A DNA stretch of 64,000 bases from a virus (lineage: Duplodnaviria > Heunggongvirae > Uroviricota > Caudoviricetes), in the IMG/VR virus record IMGVR_UViG_3300008107_000002, one strand, 5' to 3'. The notes under the pieces are model-generated. The model saw only the letters and a list, made by a program, of their open reading frames with translations. It was not told the origin of the DNA and did not search any database. Below, in pieces: positions 10,163-19,904 of this stretch (positions are counted from its first letter, which is position 1; the number at the start of each line of letters is the position of its first letter). A program made the translations under genes and the position numbers.

Positions 10163-10639
10163 TTAGTGGATATAGTTAATGGTTTGTATATAACCAGGAT
10201 CTGGAACAGATTCCCTAACCATTACTGCCCGAACCCAAACAAAATTACCAGTAAAATTGATATAATTTGTAGTGGTTGTAATAACCACATTAGTTGTAGT
10301 ATTATAACTTTGCGTAGTGTTGTTAACGTCAAACCAATCAGCTTCTGTTGGTTCAGTGGACAATGTTGCTTGCATTTTAACAGTACCTTTAAAATAAGGT
10401 GATACTGTATAGGTTACAGTATGTAACCCTGTATTCGAACCATAATATCCTTCACCTGCTAGCTTTTCAGTACGAAATGTGTTATTTCCTGAAAGAGATA
10501 CAGCATTAAATGGAACAGACACACTAGTAGTTGCAGGACCACGCCCGTAACTTCCAACGTAACCGTTCCCGACACTACCTATGAATCCGTAAGCAGTTCC
10601 TGCTAACTGAAATGAAAATTGTTGACTTAAACTTGGCAT
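10163..10639 (-). CDS. hypothetical Gly/Thr/Ser-rich protein (possible virion protein)
   Basis: 158 aa; composition (GSYGRGPATTS, TTTNVVITTTTN) resembles structural/fibre proteins. Confidence 0.5.
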   Translation of the reverse strand: MPSLSQQFSFQLAGTAYGFIGSVGNGYVGSYGRGPATTSVSVPFNAVSLSGNNTFRTEKLAGEGYYGSNTGLHTVTYTVSPYFKGTVKMQATLSTEPTEADWFDVNNTTQSYNTTTNVVITTTTNYINFTGNFVWVRAVMVRESVPDPGYIQTINYIH

Positions 10640-11322
10640 TCTGTATTTATGCTGGTTCTCACAATAAATTCTTCTACTCTTTGCACATGGTTTCCCAGAT
10701 ATAATCCTACCATAGATAGCATCTTTTGATCAGACACATAAAAAAACGGAGACTGTACATAATGTCTAGCCCCAGTAAGCCATTTTTTTGTAGTTATTGA
10801 TATGTTAAATTTAAGAGGAAATTTTTGCATCCATTCGTAAAATTTCTCTCTTGTTGATAATTGCATGTTTTGTTTAATATATACTCTATACCTGTACATA
10901 CCATCTTTAGGTAGTGCATTGCACAGTATTTTTTTGTGGCCGTTTTCTAACAAAAATTCGCATTCATTATCAGACGCAGGTTCTGTTAAATGAACTACCC
11001 ACTCTTTCATAATTTCAACAATTTTATATGTGTCTTCTCTATTTTCAGCAAATATACTAACGCTTTTTCCTTCAGCTCTAGTAAGCACATTGTTAAAATC
11101 TATTTGTTTGTAACAGTTAACAAAATGTTGCACCTCAGATTTTTCAGAACCTCTAAATGCCCATTTATCAAATTCGTTACCGTTAATCCATGCCTGAGTT
11201 CGTAAAATACCCAGCCTACATATGTTGGCTGAGTTATGATACGTTAAATTAATTTTAAAAGGATATTTCTTGTAAAATAATTTATGAGTTATCGATTTCT
11301 GCATTAGATTTTTCTTTAACAC
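10627..11322 (-). CDS. hypothetical protein
   Basis: 231 aa ORF; its 5' end overlaps the 3' end of the ClpA-like gene so the true start may be internal. Confidence 0.5.
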   Translation of the reverse strand: MLKKNLMQKSITHKLFYKKYPFKINLTYHNSANICRLGILRTQAWINGNEFDKWAFRGSEKSEVQHFVNCYKQIDFNNVLTRAEGKSVSIFAENREDTYKIVEIMKEWVVHLTEPASDNECEFLLENGHKKILCNALPKDGMYRYRVYIKQNMQLSTREKFYEWMQKFPLKFNISITTKKWLTGARHYVQSPFFYVSDQKMLSMVGLYLGNHVQRVEEFIVRTSINTECQV

Positions 11323-13549
11323 TTAATACTTCAAGGAAATTAAGTTTTAATTGATCGTCTTCGATTCCAATTTCTACTACTCCCCCTGCAGTTAGCTTAC
11401 CAAATAGTATTTCGCGGCTTAACGGTTTCTTAATGAATTCGTCAATGGTACGTTGCAATGGTCGAGCTCCCATCCGGCTGTCAAAGCCTTTAGTAATAAG
11501 AAATTCTACGGCATCTGTAGTTAATTTTGCGTGTACATTCTTATCTTTAAGTAATACATTGAGCTCGTCAATAAACTTCTTAACAATCTTAATCATAGTC
11601 AGATTATCAAGTTTACCAAATTTAATAATTCCATCTAACCGATTACGGAACTCAGGAGCAAAGAAACTATTAACTGCATCCTTTGGATCACCGTCTCGTT
11701 CAAGACTACCAAATCCTACACTATTCTTTTCAGCATCGGCCGCACCTAGATTCGAAGTCATAACAATAATAGCGTTTCTTCCATCGGCTTTTTTACCATT
11801 AGATCCAGTAACAAACCCGTTGTCCATAAGTTGTAACAATACTGTCAACACATCGGGGTGTGCTTTTTCAACTTCATCTAATAACAAAATACAATTAGGG
11901 TGTTCTTGTAGTTTAGTAATTAGCTGGCCGGCATTGTCCTCAAATCCCACATATCCCGGAGGTGCTCCAATAAATTTAGCCACAGAATGTTTTTCTTGAA
12001 ATTCACTCATATCAAATCGTACAAGCTGAACACTCATATTACTGGCTAGTTGTTTAGCAACTTCAGTCTTACCAACACCAGTTGGACCAACAAATAAGAA
12101 ACTACCAACTGGTTTGTTTAATGTTTTGAGTCCTGCTTGTGCAATAAAAATCTTATCTAGCAAAATATCGATTGCAGACTCTTGACCGTATACCTTACTC
12201 TTAAGATTTTTATCTAGGTCGCGCAAGTTTTGATTTTCTTTAGATGCAATTTGATCTAACGGCAATCCTGTAAGTTTGCTTACTTCAAATACAATTTCGT
12301 CGTGGTCAACAACTCCGGATTCTTCGTCTCGAACTTTAAATCGAGCACTTGCACAATCAATTAAATCAATTGCCTTATCCGGTAATTTTTTATCACTCAT
12401 ATATTTGGTGCTGTACTTAACAGCATCTATTACTGCTTGTTTAGTAATTTTAACACCATGGTGTTTTTCATAATATTTTTTAAGTCCCATAAGGATCTTA
12501 ATAGCTACTGCTTCACTAGGCTCGTCAATAGTAACACGTTGGAATCGACGCATTAGAGCACGATCCTTTTCAAAGTGTTTACGGAACTCTTCCCATGTAG
12601 TTGAAGCAATAACTTTAATGGTACCTTTACTGAGGGCCGGTTTAAGCATATTACTCATGTCATTGGTGTTACCGCTTACGCTGCCGGCACCGCTCATCAT
12701 ATGAGCTTCGTCAATAAACAATATACAATTCTTTTTCTTTTCAAGGGCGTTGATGACCATCTTAAGACGCTCTTCAAAATCACCGCGGTATTTGCTACCT
12801 GCCAACATAGCACTAATATCTAACGAATAGACTGTATGGCCTTGAATAAATTTAGGCACGGTGCCTTCTTCAATTCTTCGGGCTAATCCTTCTGCAATAG
12901 CAGTTTTACCTACTCCCGGATCCCCGATTAACATAACATTTGATTTAGTACGTCTTGCTAATACCAATGTTAATTCTTCAATTTCTTTTTCTCGACCAAT
13001 TACAGGGTCAATTTTCTTTGCTTTTACTTTAGCCGTTAGACTTGTGCAATATTGTACAATAATTTTTTCTAGATGACGATTACTTACTTCTTCTGCATCA
13101 GCGTCGTCAATTAACCCGCTTTCTTTATTAACGAATTCAATAAACTTATCTTTTTCAATTTTTGCTTTACGCATAAAATATAATGCGTGACTTTTCTTTT
13201 CGCTGAACAAACTAACAAAACAATCTACTGGTTCGATTTTATTACGGCCACTAAACAACACTTGCGTAAATGCTCGATTAAGCATTCTTTCTAATGCGTG
13301 AGTCTTTTTAGGTTTTGTTTCGGTGTCGGTTGTAATAATGCTCTGTAAATCGTTAGAAATAAAATTTAGCAGTTCTTTTTGTAATGGTACTACATTGGCA
13401 CCGTAACTAACCAACAGTTCTTTAAATTTTTCATTCTTAACTAAACTGTATAAGAAGTGTTCTAATGTAAGAAACTCGTGATTATATCCGGCTGCTACTT
13501 CAACAGCTTTTTCAAAAATTTCAGCTAAATTTTTATCTGGTTCTAGCAT
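11282..13549 (-). CDS. clpA: ClpA-like AAA+ unfoldase (two AAA modules, Clp N-domain, no ClpB middle domain)
   Basis: 755 aa; Walker A GDPGVGKTAIAEGLA (D1) and GPTGVGKTEVAKQLA (D2); size and architecture match ClpA. Confidence 0.9.
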   Translation of the reverse strand: MLEPDKNLAEIFEKAVEVAAGYNHEFLTLEHFLYSLVKNEKFKELLVSYGANVVPLQKELLNFISNDLQSIITTDTETKPKKTHALERMLNRAFTQVLFSGRNKIEPVDCFVSLFSEKKSHALYFMRKAKIEKDKFIEFVNKESGLIDDADAEEVSNRHLEKIIVQYCTSLTAKVKAKKIDPVIGREKEIEELTLVLARRTKSNVMLIGDPGVGKTAIAEGLARRIEEGTVPKFIQGHTVYSLDISAMLAGSKYRGDFEERLKMVINALEKKKNCILFIDEAHMMSGAGSVSGNTNDMSNMLKPALSKGTIKVIASTTWEEFRKHFEKDRALMRRFQRVTIDEPSEAVAIKILMGLKKYYEKHHGVKITKQAVIDAVKYSTKYMSDKKLPDKAIDLIDCASARFKVRDEESGVVDHDEIVFEVSKLTGLPLDQIASKENQNLRDLDKNLKSKVYGQESAIDILLDKIFIAQAGLKTLNKPVGSFLFVGPTGVGKTEVAKQLASNMSVQLVRFDMSEFQEKHSVAKFIGAPPGYVGFEDNAGQLITKLQEHPNCILLLDEVEKAHPDVLTVLLQLMDNGFVTGSNGKKADGRNAIIVMTSNLGAADAEKNSVGFGSLERDGDPKDAVNSFFAPEFRNRLDGIIKFGKLDNLTMIKIVKKFIDELNVLLKDKNVHAKLTTDAVEFLITKGFDSRMGARPLQRTIDEFIKKPLSREILFGKLTAGGVVEIGIEDDQLKLNFLEVLSVKEKSNAEIDNS

Positions 13550-14033
13550 TATTGGTCCTTTTCTTTGCTTTTTTTAGAGAAAGTGCCCATTTAAGTGGAC
13601 TTGTTCTATCTTGATAAACTATACCTTCTAGATGGTCATATTCGTGCAAGAAAGCTCTACAGGCAAATCCGTCTATTTCAGACTGCTGCCACTCACCGTC
13701 ACTATTCTGCCATCTAGCTGTAATTTTACTAGGTCTTTTAACTTTTGTAAAGACTCCTGGAAAACTTAAACAGCCTTCTTCACCGTCGTCACTACCGTCT
13801 GCATCTTCAATAATTGGATTGAAAATAGCAGTAGCATGTTCGCCTTGTCCGATGACAAACAATCTAGTACGAATGCCGACTTGATTGGCCGCAAGGCCTA
13901 CTCCGTTATTAGCAATCATTACTTCAATTAGTTCTTTTTCAAGTTGTTTTGGATTTTCAATAGGATCATTGAAATCAAAATCTGGCATTTTCTCTCTTAA
14001 AATAGGGTCAGGAAATTTAACTAGTTTTAACAT
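13533..14033 (-). CDS. def: peptide deformylase
   Basis: 166 aa; the three PDF motifs GVGLAANQVG, EGCLSFPG and HEYDHLEG are present. Confidence 0.92.
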   Translation of the reverse strand: MLKLVKFPDPILREKMPDFDFNDPIENPKQLEKELIEVMIANNGVGLAANQVGIRTRLFVIGQGEHATAIFNPIIEDADGSDDGEEGCLSFPGVFTKVKRPSKITARWQNSDGEWQQSEIDGFACRAFLHEYDHLEGIVYQDRTSPLKWALSLKKAKKRTNNARTR

Positions 14034-14041
14034 ATTATTTT

Positions 14042-14908
14042 TTAAGGTAAATGAAATTGATTTAAAAGCGTTCTTTGCTTTTGTGTAATATTTGTAGGAA
14101 CTACTATCTTAATTGGCATCAACAATCGACCTTTTAATCTAGAGTCGTTCATATTTGGCATTCCGTAGCCTTGTGCGCTCAATACTTGATCGTGTTGAAT
14201 TCCTGGTTCAACTTTAACTTCTAAAGTTTTTCCGTCTATTGTTAACACATCCATCTTACATCCTAGCATTGCCTCTATGCAAGATACTTCGATTATTTTA
14301 ACAAGGTCGTCGCCTTGTCTTGAAAACTCTGGATGCGGAATAATGTGTACCGTAAGATGAATGTCTCCCCTAGGCAAGTGAGGAAATTCGTTGTCCCCTA
14401 ACCCTGCTAGTCGTAATGTAGTTCCTGCATTAATTCCGGGAGGAATTTTTACATTAATAGTTTGTTTAGCACCACTTGGTAATTGAAGATCTGCAATAAG
14501 TTCTTTTCCTTGAAATGCTTCAAGCAAGGTAATTTGAGTAGTAAGATTTATTGTTCTATTTCTAACAGGTTGTCTTTGTCCAAAAATATTAAATGGATCT
14601 ACAGGCCCTTGCCCTCCAAAGAAGTGTTGAAACACTTCATGAAAGTTGTCGCTACGAAAATCAAAATTAGGCATTTGCTGACCGTGTCCTCCTGCATTCC
14701 ACCAGGGACTGCCGGGTTGTGGATTGTCATATGCACCCTTGCGTTCAGGATCACCGAGGATACTGTATGCTATTTGAATTTTTTTAAATTGTTCTTCGTC
14801 ACCACCTTTATCAGGATGGTGCTGATTAGCTAATTTTCTATAAGCAGTTTTTATGTCTGCCTCTGTTGCGTTTCTTTCAACGCCCAGTGTTTGATAATAA
14901 TCTTCCAT
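14042..14908 (-). CDS. DnaJ/J-domain co-chaperone (no Zn-finger CxxCxGxG; CbpA/type III-like)
   Basis: 288 aa; J-domain DYYQTLGV...YRKLANQHHPDKGGDEEQFKKIQIAYSILGDP with HPD tripeptide. Confidence 0.88.
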   Translation of the reverse strand: MEDYYQTLGVERNATEADIKTAYRKLANQHHPDKGGDEEQFKKIQIAYSILGDPERKGAYDNPQPGSPWWNAGGHGQQMPNFDFRSDNFHEVFQHFFGGQGPVDPFNIFGQRQPVRNRTINLTTQITLLEAFQGKELIADLQLPSGAKQTINVKIPPGINAGTTLRLAGLGDNEFPHLPRGDIHLTVHIIPHPEFSRQGDDLVKIIEVSCIEAMLGCKMDVLTIDGKTLEVKVEPGIQHDQVLSAQGYGMPNMNDSRLKGRLLMPIKIVVPTNITQKQRTLLNQFHLP

Positions 14909-14995
14909 AGTTGTTGTTATATAGCCTCCGCCATATATTTAATAGATCAAATTATAACCTATTATAATTTTATTCCAATAAAAAAGGCATAGTAC

Positions 14996-15024
14996 ATAGT
15001 ACTATACCTTTTTGGAATTGTCAA
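14996..15024 (-). promoter_or_regulatory. sigma70-like promoter TTGACA-17-TACTAT upstream of dnaJ-def-clpA gene string
   Basis: minus-strand TTGACA at 15024-15019, 17-nt spacer, TACTAT at 15001-14996; about 85 nt upstream of DnaJ start. Confidence 0.4.
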
Positions 15025-15031
15025 GTCTATT

Positions 15032-15274
15032 TTATTTCTTTTCTGGAACTTTTGTTCCTTCTAATTTTTTATGGACTTTTATAGTTTTACAAACTTGAAC
15101 AGGCTTTCCATCTTTGCCTTTTACTACGGCACCTTTGGAATCCTTTTTGTCTTCACAGACTTGTTTTTCCTCTCCACCTGCGTAAGCAGTCGATGCTATT
15201 GATAAACATAGTCCTGCTACAAATATATATTTTTTCATTTCATTTTCCTTATTTTTTTGAAGCAAATTTTTCAC
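15032..15274 (-). CDS. small secreted protein with cleavable signal peptide
   Basis: 80 aa (likely starts at internal MKKYIFVAGLCLSIASTAYAGG); Lys-rich, Cys-containing mature part. Confidence 0.45.
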   Translation of the reverse strand: MKNLLQKNKENEMKKYIFVAGLCLSIASTAYAGGEEKQVCEDKKDSKGAVVKGKDGKPVQVCKTIKVHKKLEGTKVPEKK

Positions 15275-15542
15275 TTGCTGTAAATCCTAACCCAGCGATT
15301 ACAATGTACATCATAGCATCAAATAGGTGAGGATCTGCTTTGAATCCCATAACTTGATCTAGCATGAAAGAAACGCCACACAATATAAATGCTAGAACCG
15401 TAATTACTCGTTTACTACTAACACTTCCGTTGTCTCCGTCTGATAACATGCTAGACATCCAACTCATTTTATAACTCCGGTTGTGGGAAATCTGGTACGG
15501 CTTTTTTACCACCAAATCCTGTAGTAACAGGAGCAGTTCCAA
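15249..15542 (-). CDS. small membrane protein
   Basis: 97 aa; two hydrophobic segments (VITVLAFILCGVSFML, MMYIVIAGLGF). Confidence 0.45.
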   Translation of the reverse strand: MELLLLLQDLVVKKPYQISHNRSYKMSWMSSMLSDGDNGSVSSKRVITVLAFILCGVSFMLDQVMGFKADPHLFDAMMYIVIAGLGFTASEKFASKK

Positions 15543-16062
15543 AGTCGCTTGTTACCGGTGCGCTGAATGCACTTGTTGTCGGTGCGCTAAATGCACTTGC
15601 GGTATTTGTATTTCCACCAAAAGATGCACTGCCAAATCCGCTCGATGATGGAGATGGAGTTGTTGGAGCAGTAGGTGTTGGTGGTTTGTCCCATCCTTTA
15701 TTTGCTGCCTTTAGTGCTTCTTTTTGTGCTTCTGGATTATTGCCTGCTAACATAATGCCAGACAATGTGCCTGTTAGGAATGTTGCAATAGGAACAATAA
15801 GTTCAAAGAACTTTTGATCAATTGGACTAATAGCGTTCAAAGGTTGTGTTACAAAAATTAAAGAATAAAGCACAACAAATACAATACCAAACAGTGTCAA
15901 TGATAGACAGATGCCAATAAAGAATTTGAGTCGAGCCATTAATTGCTCTTCGGTATACATAATATCTGGTTGGTTATTTTCCACAGTTTGCTCCTTGTGT
16001 TGGTTGTGCCGCACACGCAGGCGCTGGCGCAAATGATTGAGTAGGCGTTTTAGTTGGTTCAT
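15469..16062 (-). CDS. membrane protein with Pro/Thr/Ser/Gly-rich C-terminal region
   Basis: 197 aa; TM helices then PPTPTAPTTPSPSSSGFG...FG repeats. Confidence 0.5.
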   Translation of the reverse strand: MNQLKRLLNHLRQRLRVRHNQHKEQTVENNQPDIMYTEEQLMARLKFFIGICLSLTLFGIVFVVLYSLIFVTQPLNAISPIDQKFFELIVPIATFLTGTLSGIMLAGNNPEAQKEALKAANKGWDKPPTPTAPTTPSPSSSGFGSASFGGNTNTASAFSAPTTSAFSAPVTSDFGTAPVTTGFGGKKAVPDFPQPEL

Positions 16063-16285
16063 CTTTAGGTGGTCCTAATCTTGGGTCGCGTTGACCTTTA
16101 AAAATATGTTCAGGACATTCTCTCCGAACATCACATATAGGCATTTTGCACATATCCTTATCCCAATTTGCAGGATCCTGACATGGATAGCGGAATCTAT
16201 CACCGCTGAATATTGCCAAGGTTAATGGCAATAGTAATAATAGCCCGAGCCATTTTACTAATTTTAAATCGTTATGGCTTGACAT
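15974..16285 (-). CDS. small secreted Cys-rich protein
   Basis: 103 aa; N-terminal signal-like LLLLLPLTLAIFSG then 8 Cys; overlaps neighbour so start uncertain. Confidence 0.45.
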   Translation of the reverse strand: MSSHNDLKLVKWLGLLLLLPLTLAIFSGDRFRYPCQDPANWDKDMCKMPICDVRRECPEHIFKGQRDPRLGPPKDEPTKTPTQSFAPAPACAAQPTQGANCGK

Positions 16286-16939
16286 TTATACTCCTAACAC
16301 ATGCAATGCATGATTATAATGTTTGATACGATCTTCAAGGCCAATAGTACCGCCATTGATACGTTTGGTTAGTGTAAGGATGTCGCCTTTGTCTGCCCAT
16401 TGATTTAAGTTGTTAGCTTCCCAGAACCAGCAAGCTGATTGAGCGCAACCTTCGAATGTTTTTAGATATTCAGAAACTTCTTCTGGAGTTATTTCTAAAC
16501 TTTGTGCAAATCGTGTATAGTTGTCCTTACCAGTTAACTGAATAAGCCCACGCCCGCAGTATTTGAAACCGTCACCGGATGACTCCGGGCCGTTGCCCAT
16601 ACGATTAGCATAGATACGGTTGGCAATTGCTTCTTGTTTGTTTGGAAGCGATGCGTATTTTTCTGCAATCGAATCGTCCGGAAAGTACTTACCGAACAAC
16701 TTTCTTAATGTTGCCGGTTTGTAATTTAAGTTTTCTTTAATTGCTTTAAACCCACCCGATTCATGAGCACATTGAGCAATAAATGCTGCCACACGTTGCG
16801 GTGTATTAATATCATAATCGGGGAGTAGTTGTTCGAGTGCCTCATACCAGTGATTGATATAAGGGTTGCCTGGAACCATCTCTTTAAGTTGGTCAAGCGT
16901 TAAAATGCAATTTGACATGCGTATCTCCTTGTACGCCAA
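16286..16939 (-). CDS. glycoside hydrolase family 19 (chitinase-like) endolysin
   Basis: 217 aa; FIAQCAHESGGF and CGRGLIQLTGKDNY match GH19 catalytic signature. Confidence 0.88.
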   Translation of the reverse strand: MAYKEIRMSNCILTLDQLKEMVPGNPYINHWYEALEQLLPDYDINTPQRVAAFIAQCAHESGGFKAIKENLNYKPATLRKLFGKYFPDDSIAEKYASLPNKQEAIANRIYANRMGNGPESSGDGFKYCGRGLIQLTGKDNYTRFAQSLEITPEEVSEYLKTFEGCAQSACWFWEANNLNQWADKGDILTLTKRINGGTIGLEDRIKHYNHALHVLGV

Positions 16940-16980
16940 TATTTAACTACCAATATTTTCTTATAAAGTTGGTACTTAAT

Positions 16981-17241
16981 TTATTTTACACTTTCAAAGA
17001 TACGTTTCTGTGTTTCGTACCATTCGTTCCATGTGTCAACTTTTACAGCACACTCGTAATAGGTGCCGTAGTTTTTTGTAACTGTGTTGATAAATTCGCT
17101 TATCTTAACATCTTCTTTAACTGTTTCTAATTGAGGACATGCAGGAGTTGCTTTAGGACGCTCTGGAAATTTTGCAGTTACGGGCACAGTTGTAGAACAG
17201 CCTGTTACACAAAATGCTAATGCAATGATATATGCTCTCAT
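16981..17241 (-). CDS. small lipoprotein, outer-membrane spanin-like
   Basis: 86 aa; signal peptide with lipobox VTGC; directly follows (ATGA overlap) a membrane coiled-coil protein and precedes the endolysin. Confidence 0.55.
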   Translation of the reverse strand: MRAYIIALAFCVTGCSTTVPVTAKFPERPKATPACPQLETVKEDVKISEFINTVTKNYGTYYECAVKVDTWNEWYETQKRIFESVK

Positions 17242-17723
17242 TTAATTGCCTCATTAAGTGCCGCGGCGTTGTGAGATTTAATTACAGGCTCGGGTATTTC
17301 ACATTCTCCACCTGGCATGAATTTAGTATCATATTTTACAACTTCTCGATCTATATATTGTTTTACAACTAATCCTTTTTCTCGGATTATTCTAACTTTT
17401 TCAGCACCTTTGTTATCTATAACAACATTAGCTTCTTTAGACTGCTGTTCGGCAATTGCCACTTTGGCTTCCATTTCACGTACACGTTCACGCCATTGCA
17501 TCTCTGTGCTATAGCCGCCTTTAAAATAAACTCCGGCAACTAATAAAACAGCACTTATAATTTGTGCAATAGTTACATATTGAGATAAGAACGGAAACGC
17601 TCTTAAAATTTTATTAACAACAAAGAAAGTTAAAAATGATCCAATTATGCCTGTTACAAGAATAGCGTGTACAATAAATTGTATAAAACTATCTGGTAAA
17701 AAATGCAATAACCACATTACCAT
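17238..17723 (-). CDS. membrane protein with periplasmic coiled-coil (inner-membrane spanin or holin candidate)
   Basis: 161 aa; N-terminal TM helices, then charged coiled-coil region MQWRERVREMEAKVAIAEQQSKEA. Confidence 0.55.
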   Translation of the reverse strand: MVMWLLHFLPDSFIQFIVHAILVTGIIGSFLTFFVVNKILRAFPFLSQYVTIAQIISAVLLVAGVYFKGGYSTEMQWRERVREMEAKVAIAEQQSKEANVVIDNKGAEKVRIIREKGLVVKQYIDREVVKYDTKFMPGGECEIPEPVIKSHNAAALNEAIK

Positions 17724-18535
17724 CTATCCTTTGAAATAATCATTGCTTTATCGTTATTTCTTATAAGGAAATGATTATTAATTTTATGAATTTCGTAAGG
17801 ACCTAGGTATTTTTCAAGATAAAGAGTTTGACTCTGGCTTACTTCGTCTAATTGTATACCGCCTTGTAACTCTTCTTTTATATCAGCATACTTTCCAATT
17901 GATACAAATTTTAAATCAAGAGATTCTGCATACGGTTTGTTAATTCTTAAATTGTTTTCTTGGTCAATAGTTATAGCATCTAATGCACCGTGATCAAAAA
18001 ATTCAGTTACTGCACCTTGTTTAAGTGATAACATTTTTTGTTCATACAAACTATCATCTAGTGGCACAGTTGCTGTCAATGTTTCTTCGGATAACGAATA
18101 AAGATTTTCGTCTTTAAAATATCTGAAATTCCATTCATTGTGGTCACATAATTTTCCTATGCCCTCGGCCATTGCTACAATTTGCTTGGGAACATTTTCG
18201 TTTCTTTCTAATTCAATAAAAACACTATAACGGCCATCACGTTCTTCGCCGGCACTCATGTCAGCATCAAGTACATATTGATAACCTTTTTCAATAAACT
18301 CCATAAGGTCCATTGCGGCCATTTTTTCTTGAACTTTAAATGCAACTACTACAACGTCTTTATCTTCACCCATTTTACTCTTGTATTGATCAAGACTAAA
18401 GATAGGAGATACTAGATCTTTGAGATCATTTGCACGTAACCCTTCAAATAATTTAGGCTGTTTGTGGCGGGGCTTCGGCTGCTGGTTCAGTTGGTTGTTC
18501 ATCTGGTATGTTCTCCTGTGCCGCAGATTTTTCAT
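17717..18535 (-). CDS. hypothetical protein
   Basis: 272 aa ORF; N-terminus overlaps upstream ORF so true start may be an internal Met. Confidence 0.5.
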   Translation of the reverse strand: MKNLRHRRTYQMNNQLNQQPKPRHKQPKLFEGLRANDLKDLVSPIFSLDQYKSKMGEDKDVVVVAFKVQEKMAAMDLMEFIEKGYQYVLDADMSAGEERDGRYSVFIELERNENVPKQIVAMAEGIGKLCDHNEWNFRYFKDENLYSLSEETLTATVPLDDSLYEQKMLSLKQGAVTEFFDHGALDAITIDQENNLRINKPYAESLDLKFVSIGKYADIKEELQGGIQLDEVSQSQTLYLEKYLGPYEIHKINNHFLIRNNDKAMIISKDRW

Positions 18536-19004
18536 TTACTTGGGCACTATCATATCTCATTAAGTCGGCATTTGCCGCATTTTCTTTTTCTATATATCCT
18601 TGATATATATCTTGCATTAATTTTTTTGGCATAGTAATGGTTAATATCCACACAGGGTGTGCATCAATTTTACCTTTTTTAGTGCCGGGACGAAAATCGC
18701 CTGGTTTGTATATTTTTCTTGGTACTAGTACGTGATCTTTTTTATAACCTACCTTACATCCGTAGTCCACAAGCCTTGCACCTCCGTCGGGGTCGGGCAT
18801 ATTTTCATACGGCCACATAAATTTACAGGTAACTGCATACCTGCCAACTTCTGGTCCTGTAACTAACTCTCCGTCAATCCAGTTGTCGAAAACGTAGATG
18901 TCGAGTTCATCAATTACACGTTCAAAGTCTTTGAGTACTTTAAACGCACTGTCGTTGGCAGTAAGAGTTTCAAGATTTTTAATAACGTCAATAATGTCGT
19001 GCAT
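18453..19004 (-). CDS. hypothetical protein
   Basis: 183 aa ORF, first gene of a minus-strand string, divergent from phoH. Confidence 0.5.
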   Translation of the reverse strand: MHDIIDVIKNLETLTANDSAFKVLKDFERVIDELDIYVFDNWIDGELVTGPEVGRYAVTCKFMWPYENMPDPDGGARLVDYGCKVGYKKDHVLVPRKIYKPGDFRPGTKKGKIDAHPVWILTITMPKKLMQDIYQGYIEKENAANADLMRYDSAQVNEKSAAQENIPDEQPTEPAAEAPPQTA

Positions 19005-19096
19005 AGATAGTCTCTTAATGCTATATTTATGTTTTAATACACTGATACAAAAACTCCCTATTTCAAAGCCTTTTTTAATTTTGGATGTAAATATCT

Positions 19097-19879
19097 ATGC
19101 AGGTCGTTCTAAATAGGGGGTATAAATTGCCTAGAGCACGACGAAACGAACGTGAACAACGTAAAGAACAACGCGAACCGCGTTTACAATCCAGCGCAAA
19201 CTTGATTGAAATTAAACAATTTCAAAAGAGAAAGCCGCAAGTCCAAATAGTTCCACGGAATCTTGCACAAGAGACCTATCTTGAACTGTTGAAAAATCCC
19301 AGAAAATATATTGTATTTGCTATCGGTCCGGCAGGAACTGGTAAAACAATGCTGGGTGTACAGATGGCCATTAAACTATATAAAGAGGGGGTGATTAGTA
19401 AAATTATTATCACAAGGCCAGCTGTGAGTGTCGATGAAGACCACGGGTTTTTACCAGGCACATTGAATCAAAAAATGGAGCCATGGACAAGACCTATTAT
19501 AGATGTATTTGAAGAATACTATCATCCAAAAGAAATTGCAGAAATGCTAGAAGACGGAGTGATTGAAATAAGTCCGCTTGCTTATATGCGTGGACGCACT
19601 TTCAAAAATGCGTTTGTTATTGCAGACGAAATGCAAAACGCCACACCCTCACAGATGAAGATGTTATTAACCAGACTAGGCGATGGGTCTAGAATGGTTG
19701 TTACTGGCGACTTAAACCAGGCTGACCGTCCACGTGAAAACGGTTTGCTAGAATTTTGCTCATTATACGGCCAAGGAGGTGATTATCGTATGATAGCTAT
19801 GGCAGAGTTTGAGGCCAAGGATGTTGAACGCCATCCTGTTGTTAAGGAAATTTTATCAATCTACAAGGAGTTAGAATAA
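19097..19879 (+). CDS. phoH: PhoH-like P-loop ATPase
   Basis: 260 aa; Walker A GPAGTGKT, Walker B VIADEMQN, typical PhoH length; one of only three plus-strand genes. Confidence 0.92.
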   Translation: MQVVLNRGYKLPRARRNEREQRKEQREPRLQSSANLIEIKQFQKRKPQVQIVPRNLAQETYLELLKNPRKYIVFAIGPAGTGKTMLGVQMAIKLYKEGVISKIIITRPAVSVDEDHGFLPGTLNQKMEPWTRPIIDVFEEYYHPKEIAEMLEDGVIEISPLAYMRGRTFKNAFVIADEMQNATPSQMKMLLTRLGDGSRMVVTGDLNQADRPRENGLLEFCSLYGQGGDYRMIAMAEFEAKDVERHPVVKEILSIYKELE

Positions 19880-19904
19880 AGTAATCACCTAATAAATTCC
19901 AAAA

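Noticed and set aside
19115-19135. T4-late-promoter-like TATAAATT box near 19122 and a CATAAATAT box near 10128 (minus strand)
   Set aside because: Single 7/8 matches to TATAAATA in 65% AT DNA are expected by chance; the structural genes are not preceded by clear copies, so no late-promoter calls were made
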